From IMG/VR virus record IMGVR_UViG_3300028883_000032, positions 124,001-188,000 of that record: a stretch of 64,000 nucleotides of DNA; one strand, written 5' to 3'. This document shows positions 9,094-18,500 of this stretch, piece by piece. The notes under the pieces were generated by a model. The model was not told the origin of the DNA. It was given only the letters and a program-made list of their open reading frames with translations, and ran no database searches. The first letter of the stretch is position 1. The number at the start of each line of letters is the position of its first letter. A program made the translations under genes and the position numbers.

Positions 9094-9353
9094 TAACTGA
9101 CAGAGTAGATCACTATGAAGTGATCAATTCTAATACAGTGTCAAGAACCTTGGATTTAAAAAGTCTGTCTACCGGAAAAATCCGCAGAAATCAACCAATT
9201 GGAAACTTCCAAGTTTTGGTTAGCGGGCGCAGGGAGACAGCAGCGGTTATCCGCCCAGAGGTAAGGTCATTTGGCACAGAACCAACATACCCGTTACACT
9301 ATGGTAGAGAACGGGCTACACAGAATGAAACTACGAAACGAGGAAAAGAAGGA

Positions 9354-10241
9354 ATGTTCGGAAGATCTTTTGAAAATCTCTTTAATTTGAATTTTGGTCC
9401 CGTGCACGGCGACCAGTTCAAAATCGCAATGACCCCGCAGGGTCCAAGAGTTGCAATTAAGAATAATGAAGGCGATTATCTCACGTTCGACGCGGAAAAT
9501 GAATCGCTGTTCAACGTTCTCAACTTTGCATTTGGTGGAAGGGATATGTTCTACATGGTCCCGGTAACGGAAGAAGGTATCAACCCCGGCGACGTCGTAC
9601 TCGTCAAGGGAAAGCCTGTTTTCCTCCATCACGTAATGGAAAATGGTAACTGGCGTGTAATTAACCCCGCTTCCAGCGCGGTTCATACACACATCAATCC
9701 GCAGAATATTCTCGGATTCCGCATCTTTACCAAGATTGTTTCAATCTCTGAGGTATTTGGTGCAGTTAACCCAGCCGAGGGCATGGATCTCGCTGGCAAT
9801 CCGCTGTTGGCCATGGCAATGATTGGAGAAGGCGGCATCGGTGAAAGCAACATGCTCAACATGCTTCTCTTAACCGGCCAGCTTAATCAGGGCGGTGACC
9901 AGAACGGTCTCATCAACTTGTTACTCATGAGCCAGCTTGTCGGGCGTGATAACGGGCGTGGTTTTGACCCGAAGATGCTGCTCTTAATGGGCGGAAATCT
10001 TGGCAACATCAATCCGATGATGCTTCTCGCCATGAGCGAAGGTGAATTTGGAATGAAAGACATGTTGCTGTTCAATGCACTGGGCGGACAAAAGGGTGAA
10101 GGAGCAGGAAACCTTTTCGGAAACTTTAAGTTCCCGTCATTCGCTGCCCCGGCACCGGCAGAAACTGATGCCAAACCGGCACCTGCCAAGAAAGCACCTG
10201 CCAAGAAAGCACCTGCCAAGAAAGCACCTGCCAAGAAGTAA
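9354..10241 (+). CDS. Gly/Met-rich conserved-type phage protein with a (PAKKA)4 histone-like tail
   Basis: MFGRSF start after GAAGGA; repeated NPMMLLAM-type helices; ORF track start is 9072. Confidence 0.75.
   Translation: MFGRSFENLFNLNFGPVHGDQFKIAMTPQGPRVAIKNNEGDYLTFDAENESLFNVLNFAFGGRDMFYMVPVTEEGINPGDVVLVKGKPVFLHHVMENGNWRVINPASSAVHTHINPQNILGFRIFTKIVSISEVFGAVNPAEGMDLAGNPLLAMAMIGEGGIGESNMLNMLLLTGQLNQGGDQNGLINLLLMSQLVGRDNGRGFDPKMLLLMGGNLGNINPMMLLAMSEGEFGMKDMLLFNALGGQKGEGAGNLFGNFKFPSFAAPAPAETDAKPAPAKKAPAKKAPAKKAPAKK
10179..10238 (+). repeat. 15-nt tandem repeat x4 (GCACCTGCCAAGAAA) encoding APAKK
   Basis: Read directly; the last copy ends in AAG. Confidence 0.95.
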
Positions 10242-10263
10242 TTTGGCAAATAACGATGTATAG

Positions 10264-10294
10264 AGTGGCCCCTTCGGGGGCCACTTATTTTTTT
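10264..10294 (+). terminator. intrinsic terminator
   Basis: AGTGGCCCC-TTCG-GGGGCCACT plus a T run. Confidence 0.9.
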
Positions 10295-10302
10295 AATTGG
10301 TT

Positions 10303-10375
10303 GCCCCTGTAGCTCAATGGATAGAGCGGGGGCCTTCTAAGCCTCAGGTTGTAGGTTCGAGCCCTACCAGGGGTA
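10303..10375 (+). tRNA. tRNA-Arg(TCT), CCA not encoded
   Basis: Acceptor GCCCCTG/CAGGGGT, D arm GCTC/GAGC, anticodon loop CTTCTAA, T arm GTAGG-TTCGAGC-CCTAC. Confidence 0.93.
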
Positions 10376-10386
10376 CTGGAGGAGAT

Positions 10387-10851
10387 ATGTGGTTGGTAGT
10401 CTGTCTAATTGTAGGATATCTCGGCCTTTGGGGCCTGTGGGTATCAATGAAAAAAGACTCGGAAACTCTTTTCGCAGTGTCATTAATTATCTTAGTCGCT
10501 TTCACAATACTGTTAATAGTAGGAGTGGTACAAATTTTTGATATAGTACCCAGCACCGATGTTAAGTATTCGTCGGAACCTTCAGTACGTTCTGAATTAC
10601 TGGATGCACTGCCATCAGGAACTCAAACCGAAACATTTGACAATGGTATGTTAATGGTTACTATCGACCCTGATAGTGCATCACACTCTGAATATTTGAG
10701 GTTCGATAATAAGTATGAGTATTGGGTAGAGGACTTTTACACCCCGCTTAACAAAGCCTACTCTAGATCGGTAAGTGGCTGGTATGGTGTTTTTATAAAG
10801 GATAGGCCGAAAATAAATTATATTGAAGTTGTAACAAAAGGTTGGAAATAA
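10387..10851 (+). CDS. membrane protein (two N-terminal TM segments)
   Basis: ATG 10387 after GGAGGAG; the 10297 start overlaps the tRNA. Confidence 0.7.
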   Translation: MWLVVCLIVGYLGLWGLWVSMKKDSETLFAVSLIILVAFTILLIVGVVQIFDIVPSTDVKYSSEPSVRSELLDALPSGTQTETFDNGMLMVTIDPDSASHSEYLRFDNKYEYWVEDFYTPLNKAYSRSVSGWYGVFIKDRPKINYIEVVTKGWK

Positions 10852-10856
10852 TACAT

Positions 10857-11186
10857 ATGAATAAAACAATTAATTTAAACATGTATGTGCATGTAATTCG
10901 GCATCTTCGAACTCTAAACGGGGATCCGTATGCTACGTTTGTGGCAATTTACCACCCAGCACATAATAAAATTACCTATGGTTGGGCTATTTCCCATGCC
11001 GAATTAGACACATTCTCTTCGAAGGATGGAGTTCAAATAGCTTTAGGAAGAGCCATTGCCAATAGACACGATCTTCTTGACAAAAAACATTTCATCCCGC
11101 CCGACTTGAGAACCTCTCTTCCAGATGCATGGAAAGATTTTCAAGAATATGCGTATGAACGTATCAATAAAGCAAGAACCAAGTAA
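10857..11186 (+). CDS. conserved-type phage hypothetical protein
   Basis: GWA.S..LDTFSSKDG..IALGRA pattern common in phage small proteins. Confidence 0.65.
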   Translation: MNKTINLNMYVHVIRHLRTLNGDPYATFVAIYHPAHNKITYGWAISHAELDTFSSKDGVQIALGRAIANRHDLLDKKHFIPPDLRTSLPDAWKDFQEYAYERINKARTK

Positions 11187-11198
11187 GGAAAATATCCT

Positions 11199-11456
11199 AT
11201 GGAGTTCTTAAAAAAGCTTTGGGTTGCGATTTCACACTCTTTAATTTTTGAAGTGTGGATAACTTTCAAAAAAATAACACAACTTGGCATTGAAGACCTG
11301 TTTATACTTATATTATTTGCCATAATAGGGGCAATTCTGTTATGGTTGGCCTTCTTCATTCTGAAGATTTTTATTCCCATTATAGGTGCCATTTTAGGTC
11401 TCTACTTTGGGATTAAGTTTCTTCTTGAATACAACGAAAAAGTAAAGAAGGAATAG
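11199..11456 (+). CDS. small membrane protein (85 aa)
   Basis: Hydrophobic segments; AAGGA upstream. Confidence 0.65.
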   Translation: MEFLKKLWVAISHSLIFEVWITFKKITQLGIEDLFILILFAIIGAILLWLAFFILKIFIPIIGAILGLYFGIKFLLEYNEKVKKE

Positions 11457-11655
11457 TTTACCTCCCGAGGGTCCCGTCCCGCTAGACTATGGGCCTCATG
11501 CATTCGTATCATCGTTAGGACAACCTTTAATTTCCACCTAATTCAGGAGGGTATCATGGAATACCCATCAGGTTTTGGTTAGTTAAAAAAAATACTACTA
11601 ACAAGAAAAAATTAAAGGTAAAACATCGATCTTTTTAATCTCGTGTAGAAGTACG

Positions 11656-11703
11656 ATTTTCCCATGTGCATGGAATGTATCCGTGGCATGGGAAAATTTT
11701 TTT
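11656..11703 (+). terminator. long hairpin/terminator
   Basis: ATTTTCCCATG / CATGGGAAAAT plus a T run. Confidence 0.65.
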
Positions 11704-11715
11704 ATCCTAAAACAT

Positions 11716-11724
11716 GGAATAAGA
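11716..11724 (+). promoter_or_regulatory. GGHATAAGA promoter-like motif
   Basis: Between the terminator and the cca gene. Confidence 0.6.
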
Positions 11725-11753
11725 CCTAAACTAACAGTTTACGGGAGATTGCA

Positions 11754-13415
11754 ATGTCTAAAAGAACACAAGCCCTTGTTCGAGCCATCAGTGCGGCAGG
11801 CGGACACGCGTTTTACACCGGTGGTTGGGTTAGGGATAAGGCTATGGGTATTCCGACCTCTGGAGATCTGGACATAGAGGTATATGGGCTTTCGAAAGAA
11901 GAATTGGAGGAAGTGCTGAAGCCATGGAATCCCGATCATGTGGGTAAGAGCTTTGGAGTTTTTAAGCTGAATGGTCTGCATGGCATTGATGTCTCCCTAC
12001 CCCGCAAGGATACTCAAGTAGACCCAAAAGATCATAAAGCTGTAATAGTCACTTATGATTCCAAGATGTCTACAAAAGAAGCATGCTTCCGTCGTGATTT
12101 TACGATGAATTCCATGTTGTTTGATCCTCTCCAAGAGAAAATTATTGATCATTGGGGAGGCCTCGTTGATATAAAGCGAGGTCAGATAAGAATGGTTTCT
12201 GAGCATTTCGGGGACGACCCATTGCGTGCATTAAGGGCTATAAAGTTTATGACCCGCACAGGATTTTCTTTGGAACCAAAAACAGCAGAAACTGTTCGAA
12301 AAATGAATACCTCTAAATTGCCCGCCGAAAGAATTTGGGGAGAGCTTTCGGACATGCTGGCAAAAGGAATATATTGGATAGATGCCTTAAACACATTAGT
12401 ATCCAGTGTCACAGGCAAATTCTGGTTTCCAGAACTTGTCGCATTGCACGGCTTGGAACAAGACCCAAGTTGGCACCCAGAGGGAGACGTGCTTACTCAT
12501 ACCGCGTTGGTGGTACAAGCAGCCTCTCAAATGAAAATTCCCAAAGACAAGAAGGTAAAATTTATGTTGGCAGCATTACTTCATGACTTGGGAAAAGCAA
12601 AAACAACGATACACAAAGATGGGCATATTAAAAGCCCTCTTCATGACCGCGTGTCCGCTGAGTTGGCCGAAGTACTTATGACCAGGTTACACGTGTCAAA
12701 AGAAATACAGAAATATGTGGTACCGATGGTGAGAAACCACATGTGGGCAGTTAGCTCCATGCCACATGGAAAGGAAGCCAAAGTTAGTGATGGTAAAATA
12801 CGCAAACTTTCTACTAAGGTTCCCAGCATCGACGATCTTATGGATTTGGCGGTGGCAGATAAAATGGGAACGACTGATGCTAGACTTAAGACCGAAACTT
12901 TGGATCATATCGAGTCAATTAGACAACGTGCTCGAAAGCTTAAGGTCCTTCATGCGGCTCCTAAGCCCATTATACAAGGTAGGCATCTTATTGATTTTGT
13001 TACTCCTGGTCCTCAGATGGGCGAGATACTCGCATGGTGTTACGAACAGCACCTGAATGGTAAAGTAACAAGCCCAGAACAGGGAATTGCCTTGTGGTGT
13101 AAACATCATAACCAAAAATTTGTAAAAGTCGGGTTCATACCGGGAGACGTACGCGGATTAATGTTGTCGTCAGATGCAACTGTGGCGCAGGTTATTTCGG
13201 CGGGACTAGTACCCACTGTCTATAACGAAGTACTGGTGCATCCAAGGCATGTAAAAATATCAAGTATCGGAGAGGATACCTACAAAAGCTGTAGTTTGTC
13301 CGATGTCCCTCGCCACATGGATAGAATATTGATTTTGGGAGTGCCTACAACTCCAAGCATGAAGTGGCAAGAAGGATTAAAAGAGCTCCTTGGGAGCCTT
13401 AAAACCACCGACTGA
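11754..13415 (+). CDS. cca: class II tRNA nucleotidyltransferase (CCA-adding type) with HD domain
   Basis: GGWVRD, DLDIE, RRDFTMN, DDPLRALR, ERIWGE, HPEGDVLTHT, LLHDLGK. Confidence 0.9.
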   Translation: MSKRTQALVRAISAAGGHAFYTGGWVRDKAMGIPTSGDLDIEVYGLSKEELEEVLKPWNPDHVGKSFGVFKLNGLHGIDVSLPRKDTQVDPKDHKAVIVTYDSKMSTKEACFRRDFTMNSMLFDPLQEKIIDHWGGLVDIKRGQIRMVSEHFGDDPLRALRAIKFMTRTGFSLEPKTAETVRKMNTSKLPAERIWGELSDMLAKGIYWIDALNTLVSSVTGKFWFPELVALHGLEQDPSWHPEGDVLTHTALVVQAASQMKIPKDKKVKFMLAALLHDLGKAKTTIHKDGHIKSPLHDRVSAELAEVLMTRLHVSKEIQKYVVPMVRNHMWAVSSMPHGKEAKVSDGKIRKLSTKVPSIDDLMDLAVADKMGTTDARLKTETLDHIESIRQRARKLKVLHAAPKPIIQGRHLIDFVTPGPQMGEILAWCYEQHLNGKVTSPEQGIALWCKHHNQKFVKVGFIPGDVRGLMLSSDATVAQVISAGLVPTVYNEVLVHPRHVKISSIGEDTYKSCSLSDVPRHMDRILILGVPTTPSMKWQEGLKELLGSLKTTD

Positions 13416-13432
13416 CAATCTGAAGCGGTGCT

Positions 13433-13480
13433 GCCTGGTACGCCGGGGACATGTTAACCTCTGTCCCCGGTAAGTCAGGC
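13433..13480. other. GC-rich intergenic hairpin with an internal loop
   Basis: GCCTG/CAGGC outer stem; CCGGGGACA/TGTCCCCGG inner stem. Confidence 0.6.
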
Positions 13481-13514
13481 TTTAATTTAACACTTAATTT
13501 AAGGGAGTGTAAAG

Positions 13515-13778
13515 ATGGAAAAATTACGAAATTATTGGTATTCGTATTGTGAAGCTATTCAAGATGCCGAAAGAACAGAGGGTAAAATTATTTCCACATC
13601 CTTGGTAATTATTACTCTTTTTATGATAGCTCTTGGTCTCATAGTAGTTTGGGAATTCCCCGGAACAGTAATAACAATTGCTGTAATAGTTATAGTTGTG
13701 GCAAAATTTAATGCATACATTTTGCAACAAGAGAGGCCTCGAGATGGAGATCGAAGTAAGGAAACATTACAAATTTAA
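13515..13778 (+). CDS. small membrane protein (87 aa)
   Basis: Two hydrophobic segments; GGGAG upstream. Confidence 0.65.
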   Translation: MEKLRNYWYSYCEAIQDAERTEGKIISTSLVIITLFMIALGLIVVWEFPGTVITIAVIVIVVAKFNAYILQQERPRDGDRSKETLQI

Positions 13779-14103
13779 ACAAACTTGCCCGTCATGTGGC
13801 GCTCGTTTGAGATCTTTTGTTCAGGAGCAGCAACACACCAATGGGTATTGGAACCAAATAGCCACCTATGAATGCGGGTATAAACTCCACTTTATACCCA
13901 ATTTCATGGGTGTACGGGTAGAATGCCGGTGTGAAAAATCCCCTGAAACTCTAGAAATCATAGAAAAGCGTAAAGAGGTGTTGGGTAGAGTCATTAACTA
14001 CGTGAGGAAGTTAAGGCTGGACGATCAGTACGCAGCCAAGATACTTCATGAGCTTGAACGTTTAGGTGAACCTCACAACATAACTCAAGGTATAAAGGTT
14101 TAA
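13744..14103 (+). CDS. zinc-finger hypothetical protein
   Basis: CPSCG ... YECG ... CRC; ATG 13744. Confidence 0.65.
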   Translation: MEIEVRKHYKFKQTCPSCGARLRSFVQEQQHTNGYWNQIATYECGYKLHFIPNFMGVRVECRCEKSPETLEIIEKRKEVLGRVINYVRKLRLDDQYAAKILHELERLGEPHNITQGIKV

Positions 14104-14125
14104 CAACCGATAGCGGAGATACATT

Positions 14126-15310
14126 ATGTGCAATGTAGTGACAGAACCAATCATAAAGTCAATTCTTGATAACGACTTATACAAGCTAAACATGCAACAG
14201 GCTGTTTGCCAGTTATACCCAAGGGCAGAAGCCGAATATAGGCTAATATTTCGTAGACCTGCAAAATTTACATATAAAATGATGCAGGAAATCTCTCAAG
14301 AAATACAGAACTTGTCAAAACTACAGCTAACAAGTGACGAAGAGTTGTTTCTTTCCACAACTTGCTACTATTTAACTCCGGTATATATTGAGTTTTTACG
14401 TGGGTTCAGATATGATCCTCGCCAAGTATCACTAAAATGGAATGAGGACAAGATAGATTTAAAAATCCATGGGCCTTGGTACCAATCGATAATGTGGGAA
14501 GTTGTACTTATGTCAATCATTTCTGAAGTTTATTTCAGACATGACACTACAAAAATCTATTCCCCCGAAGCAAGACGTGCAAATAATATTGAGAAGATTT
14601 CCAGACTTAAACAGCACGATATTCCCTTTGCAGAATTTGGAACCCGCCGTCGCCATTCTTATGCAATTCAAGAAGAATTCCTCAACCATGCCAGAGAATA
14701 TGGACCACCGCAATTTGTAGGAACTTCTAATGTACATTTTGCCCACAAATTAGACACAGTTCCAATAGGAACTACTGCCCATGAATGGTATATGTTCCAT
14801 GCAGCAAAATATGGCTATAAACTTGCCAATGTCATGGCTCTTAAGGCTTGGTCAAAAGTTTATAGAGGCCACATGGGGATTGCCCTTTCCGATACTTTTA
14901 CTACTAAAGCGTTTTTAGACGTATACGATACATACTGGGGAAAACTGTTTGATGGTGTAAGACAGGATTCCGGCGATCCTCTAAAATACTCTGATGATGT
15001 AATATCTCACTGGAGACATACTCGAGTAGACCCTGTCACCAAATCCATTGTATTTTCGGATGCTTTGAATATCGATAAGGCCATAGAGCTAAAGAGGTAT
15101 ATCGCCGATAGGTGTAGAATGTCTACCGGAATAGGTACCCATTTTACTAACGATGTTGGGGTAACTCCTCTTAACATGGTCATAAAGATGTCCAGAGCAA
15201 AACCTGAAAATATGCCATGGCAGAATACGGTTAAGCTCTCTGACAACATTGAAAAAGCCACTGGAGACGCCAGTGAGATTTCTTTTGCAAGGAGGGTATT
15301 GGGCGTATGA
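14126..15310 (+). CDS. pncB: nicotinate phosphoribosyltransferase
   Basis: LDNDLYKLNMQ, EFGTRRRHS, GTSNV, GTTAHEW, GVRQDSGDP, VFSDAL, GIGT, KLSD. Confidence 0.93.
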   Translation: MCNVVTEPIIKSILDNDLYKLNMQQAVCQLYPRAEAEYRLIFRRPAKFTYKMMQEISQEIQNLSKLQLTSDEELFLSTTCYYLTPVYIEFLRGFRYDPRQVSLKWNEDKIDLKIHGPWYQSIMWEVVLMSIISEVYFRHDTTKIYSPEARRANNIEKISRLKQHDIPFAEFGTRRRHSYAIQEEFLNHAREYGPPQFVGTSNVHFAHKLDTVPIGTTAHEWYMFHAAKYGYKLANVMALKAWSKVYRGHMGIALSDTFTTKAFLDVYDTYWGKLFDGVRQDSGDPLKYSDDVISHWRHTRVDPVTKSIVFSDALNIDKAIELKRYIADRCRMSTGIGTHFTNDVGVTPLNMVIKMSRAKPENMPWQNTVKLSDNIEKATGDASEISFARRVLGV

Positions 15311-15903
15311 ATAGTCGGATAGGAGTGTTTGGGGGATCTTTTGATCCCCCCGACAACGCTCACGGATACATAGCAGAGTATGTTCGCCAAGAGCTTAACT
15401 TTGATCGCATTATCTGGGTGCCAACACGTCAGAATCCCCAGAAACAGAAGGTAAAATCAACAATATTTGAGCGAATTCGAATGATCAGAATGGTCATAGA
15501 ATCGCTGGGATTAACAGAGTTTCATGGTTTAGACCAAAGGCAGTTATACAAAGATTTCCCCCACACTACTTACGGATTAATATCTTCCTTACAAAACGAC
15601 TTTTCACAGGACGAGTTGTTTCCAATCATTGGTTCTGATTGTGTAGAAAACTTTCCTAACTGGTCCGACTTTAACAAACTTGTGGGTATCTGTAAATTGG
15701 TTATTGTATGGAGACAACGAGAGAAACCCTCAGAGTTGGAATGTGAGGAGCTAAAAAAGTTTGGGGAATTAGTTATACCCGCTTGTAGCTTCGACATATC
15801 CTCTTCATGCATACGCAACATGGTAAAACATGCAAAGCCGATTAACGGATTGGTGCCCGATTCGGTAAGACGTTACATAAGAACAAGGAGGCTTTACAAG
15901 TGA
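15307..15903 (+). CDS. nadD: nicotinate-mononucleotide adenylyltransferase
   Basis: IGVFGGSFDPPDNAH, IIGSD, ISSSCIR, GLVPDSVRRYI; ATGA overlap with pncB. Confidence 0.88.
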   Translation: MNSRIGVFGGSFDPPDNAHGYIAEYVRQELNFDRIIWVPTRQNPQKQKVKSTIFERIRMIRMVIESLGLTEFHGLDQRQLYKDFPHTTYGLISSLQNDFSQDELFPIIGSDCVENFPNWSDFNKLVGICKLVIVWRQREKPSELECEELKKFGELVIPACSFDISSSCIRNMVKHAKPINGLVPDSVRRYIRTRRLYK

Positions 15904-16673
15904 ACAGCATTGAGATAAAGGGGCTTGAAATAATTGAACGCATTGGAGAATTTGTTGGAGACAAGCCCGTAGTAATTGGCTTGTCAGGTGGGGTAGACTC
16001 GGCATTAGTAGCCACAATGCTTTGTGATGCCCTGCCCTCCATCGACCACATTATTCCCGTATGCATGCCAAGCGACCAGTCACCTAGCCTCGATCAACAG
16101 TGTGTAGATGCTTTAGTAAAAGAATTGGGACTTAATGAGCCATTCACAATTCCCATTGGGGAATTGAATTCCGAATTCATTAAGCTCATTCTACGCACAA
16201 CGACTTATGACAAACCCACTGCCTTGGATCGCGGAAACCTGTCTGCACGACTACGGATGTCCATACTTTACTGGATTGCTGGCCACGTGAATGGCCTAGT
16301 GGCCGGTACAGGTAATCGTACCGAACATGAAATTGGTTATTTCACAAAATGGGGAGATGGTGCAAATGATTTTGAGCCCATTGCCAGCTTATGGAAATGT
16401 GAAGTTTATAGGTTAGCAAGGGCTTTGGGAGTTCCAGATATAATTCTCGATCGTCCTCCTTCAGCTTGTCTTTGGGAAGGTCAGACCGATGAAGAAGAAT
16501 TTGGGATGTCTTACGAGCAACTCGATCTACACCTTGATTGGCTGTCTGGAGACTACCATCCTTATACATGGTACCTTTCCAACAAGACAAAAATCAGTGT
16601 TGATACATTAAAACAGGTGATTCTCTTAAGGAATGGGTCTAGCCATAAAAAGCACATGCCACCAACGCTGTAA
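15900..16673 (+). CDS. nadE: NH3-dependent NAD+ synthetase
   Basis: GLSGGVDSA, NLSARLRM, GTGNRTE..IGYFTKWGDG, PPSACLWEGQTDE; no glutaminase domain. Confidence 0.93.
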   Translation: MNSIEIKGLEIIERIGEFVGDKPVVIGLSGGVDSALVATMLCDALPSIDHIIPVCMPSDQSPSLDQQCVDALVKELGLNEPFTIPIGELNSEFIKLILRTTTYDKPTALDRGNLSARLRMSILYWIAGHVNGLVAGTGNRTEHEIGYFTKWGDGANDFEPIASLWKCEVYRLARALGVPDIILDRPPSACLWEGQTDEEEFGMSYEQLDLHLDWLSGDYHPYTWYLSNKTKISVDTLKQVILLRNGSSHKKHMPPTL

Positions 16674-16692
16674 GAGAAAAACCATGAACAGT

Positions 16693-16720
16693 AAAGGGGG
16701 AACTTCGGTTCCCCCTTTTT
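16693..16720 (+). terminator. intrinsic terminator
   Basis: AAAGGGGGAAC-TTCG-GTTCCCCCTTT(TT). Confidence 0.9.
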
Positions 16721-16743
16721 AATTTTAATTTAGGAAAATAAAA

Positions 16744-17010
16744 ATGTCAATACGAGTTACTGGTAAAATAATAATTCCAGTAGAATGGGAATGGGATGAG
16801 GAGACATTTGAAGACGTCCATGCTGACGCGTATTGTTTTTCAGAAGACATAGTAAGTGACGCAAAAAGCAAGATACTGAAGCAGGTGACAGAAGTAATAA
16901 ACCCCGATTTGATTGGTCCTCTACAGTTTGAGGTTTTGTCAACAACAACGGACGAAGAATCAAGACTATATAAAGCAACTCTTACACCACTTCCACAAAA
17001 ACCCAAGTAA
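16744..17010 (+). CDS. hypothetical acidic protein (88 aa)
   Basis: ORF track. Confidence 0.65.
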   Translation: MSIRVTGKIIIPVEWEWDEETFEDVHADAYCFSEDIVSDAKSKILKQVTEVINPDLIGPLQFEVLSTTTDEESRLYKATLTPLPQKPK

Positions 17011-17016
17011 TTAATA

Positions 17017-17106
17017 GGAGGGTTGCTCGAGTGGTAAGAGGCCTGATTGCTAATCAGAGACCGGCCCGCAAGGACCGCGAGGGTTCAAATCCCTCACCCT
17101 CCTCCA
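17017..17106 (+). tRNA. tRNA-Ser(GCT), CCA encoded
   Basis: Acceptor GGAGGGT/ACCCTCC, anticodon loop TTGCTAA, long variable arm, T loop TTCAAAT, 3' TCCA. Confidence 0.9.
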
Positions 17107-17130
17107 CATAACCGACAAAACGAGAAGATA

Positions 17131-17874
17131 GTGAAAATACAAAAACCGTACTACGGCCATAAGACTAAAATACAAGAAAGACTAGCAGGGGTTAATAGAG
17201 AAAAAACAGTATTAGACAAAGATTGGGATGACATGCATATAAAACATAATGAAGTAATCCCAGTACAAGACGAGTATTGTTTAAACGCAATAGAAAAATA
17301 TAAGTTAACTCGCCCCATTGTTGAATTAACACTAACAGGCCCAACCTCTATTAGACCAGTTAGAACTTTTGCTGATAAAATGCATGTAATTGAGTACCAC
17401 GATAAAGTTGCTAACAAGTTTTTAGAGCAGTTATCAGAGTTACCACAAAAATACAAAAATAAAGTTGAAACTATTACCATTGGAGAATTCTGCCAATTAA
17501 TAAAACACCACAAACCATTTCACGAGGCTGGAATAAACTTTGTTGATTATGACGGTATGAGCTGCGGGGATTATAAAGCAATATCTGAAGTGTATAATGC
17601 CGTTATCAGTTTGTTCGATAAATCCCAAGTAGATTGGATGATACTTAGAACTACGTTTGTGGCAGCTAGATATACAACTTACTTGGATTGTGCGTATAAT
17701 CTGGACTTTTTATTTCACGATGCGACAAGGATAGGCCCACACATAAAATACAAAAATTATGTCAGTGCCGCGGTCCCCATGCTTACATCTCAATATTTGA
17801 TTAGAAGAACGGACCAAATAACGCCATTTCCAAAGTATCTAACAAAACCCCCAATACAAGGAATAATGCCATGA
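17131..17874 (+). CDS. hypothetical protein, possibly SAM-dependent methyltransferase-like fold
   Basis: GTG 17131 downstream of the tRNA; INFVDYDG strand-Asp motif is only suggestive. Confidence 0.55.
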   Translation: MKIQKPYYGHKTKIQERLAGVNREKTVLDKDWDDMHIKHNEVIPVQDEYCLNAIEKYKLTRPIVELTLTGPTSIRPVRTFADKMHVIEYHDKVANKFLEQLSELPQKYKNKVETITIGEFCQLIKHHKPFHEAGINFVDYDGMSCGDYKAISEVYNAVISLFDKSQVDWMILRTTFVAARYTTYLDCAYNLDFLFHDATRIGPHIKYKNYVSAAVPMLTSQYLIRRTDQITPFPKYLTKPPIQGIMP

Positions 17875-18128
17875 TAAAAAAGTTAGAAGGGGGCATGAAA
17901 TGGACAAAGGACAAACCACAGGTTGATGGGTGGTACTGGGTAACGAAGAACAATTTTTATAACATGGGGGTATTATTCATTAGAACGGACCCTGACGGGC
18001 GCGTTGCTATTTATTTTCCCACAGAAGACTGTAGCTACATAATTAGTGTAGTTGACACTAGTTTATATGAATTTGCCGGCCCAATTGAAATTCCTGATAC
18101 ATGGGAAACCAACTTATGCAACAAATGA
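17871..18128 (+). CDS. hypothetical protein (W..DKP.V.GWYWV type)
   Basis: ORF track; ATGA overlap. Confidence 0.65.
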   Translation: MIKKLEGGMKWTKDKPQVDGWYWVTKNNFYNMGVLFIRTDPDGRVAIYFPTEDCSYIISVVDTSLYEFAGPIEIPDTWETNLCNK

Positions 18129-18155
18129 CGGGTAATAGACAGATTGGAGCACTAA

Positions 18156-18497
18156 ATGACTAGAGGACATAAAATAGTACTTACAGTGTGCTTACTAATT
18201 ATAACGATCTTTTCTATTTACAATTTTTTGTGTGCAGTAAATAAAGTCCCATACGTTATTCAATTTAATAAATTTGACAAGCAATACTATGACGAAGAAT
18301 ATGTAGGACACGGAATAATTGTAGGCAAAGCATTGGAAGTAGATTCTAAACGAAATATAACATACCTTTATCTTTTGAGATACTCTACTAATCCCAGAAT
18401 AGAATATTGGTATGGGTGCACAGAAGACTTTTGGAATGCCATAACAGTACCAGAAGACGCTACTTGCACCCGGGGTCTTATTAAAATTGGAAAATAA
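18156..18497 (+). CDS. membrane-anchored hypothetical protein
   Basis: N-terminal TM segment; GGAG upstream. Confidence 0.65.
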   Translation: MTRGHKIVLTVCLLIITIFSIYNFLCAVNKVPYVIQFNKFDKQYYDEEYVGHGIIVGKALEVDSKRNITYLYLLRYSTNPRIEYWYGCTEDFWNAITVPEDATCTRGLIKIGK

Positions 18498-18500
18498 ACC

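Noticed and set aside
9072-9353. N-terminal 94 codons of ORF 9072
   Set aside because: Overlaps the previous gene, has several small hairpins and no SD; ATG 9354 is the more plausible start. A leader RNA could not be supported.
8514-13463. 14/16-nt match GACATGTCACCCTCTG (8514) versus GACATGTTAACCTCTG (13448)
   Set aside because: It sits in different structural positions in the two hairpins and only two copies were seen; probably chance.
7434-17130. N-terminal extensions of ORFs 7434, 10297 and 17047
   Set aside because: They read through tRNA genes; downstream starts with SD-like signals (7536, 10387, 17131) fit better.
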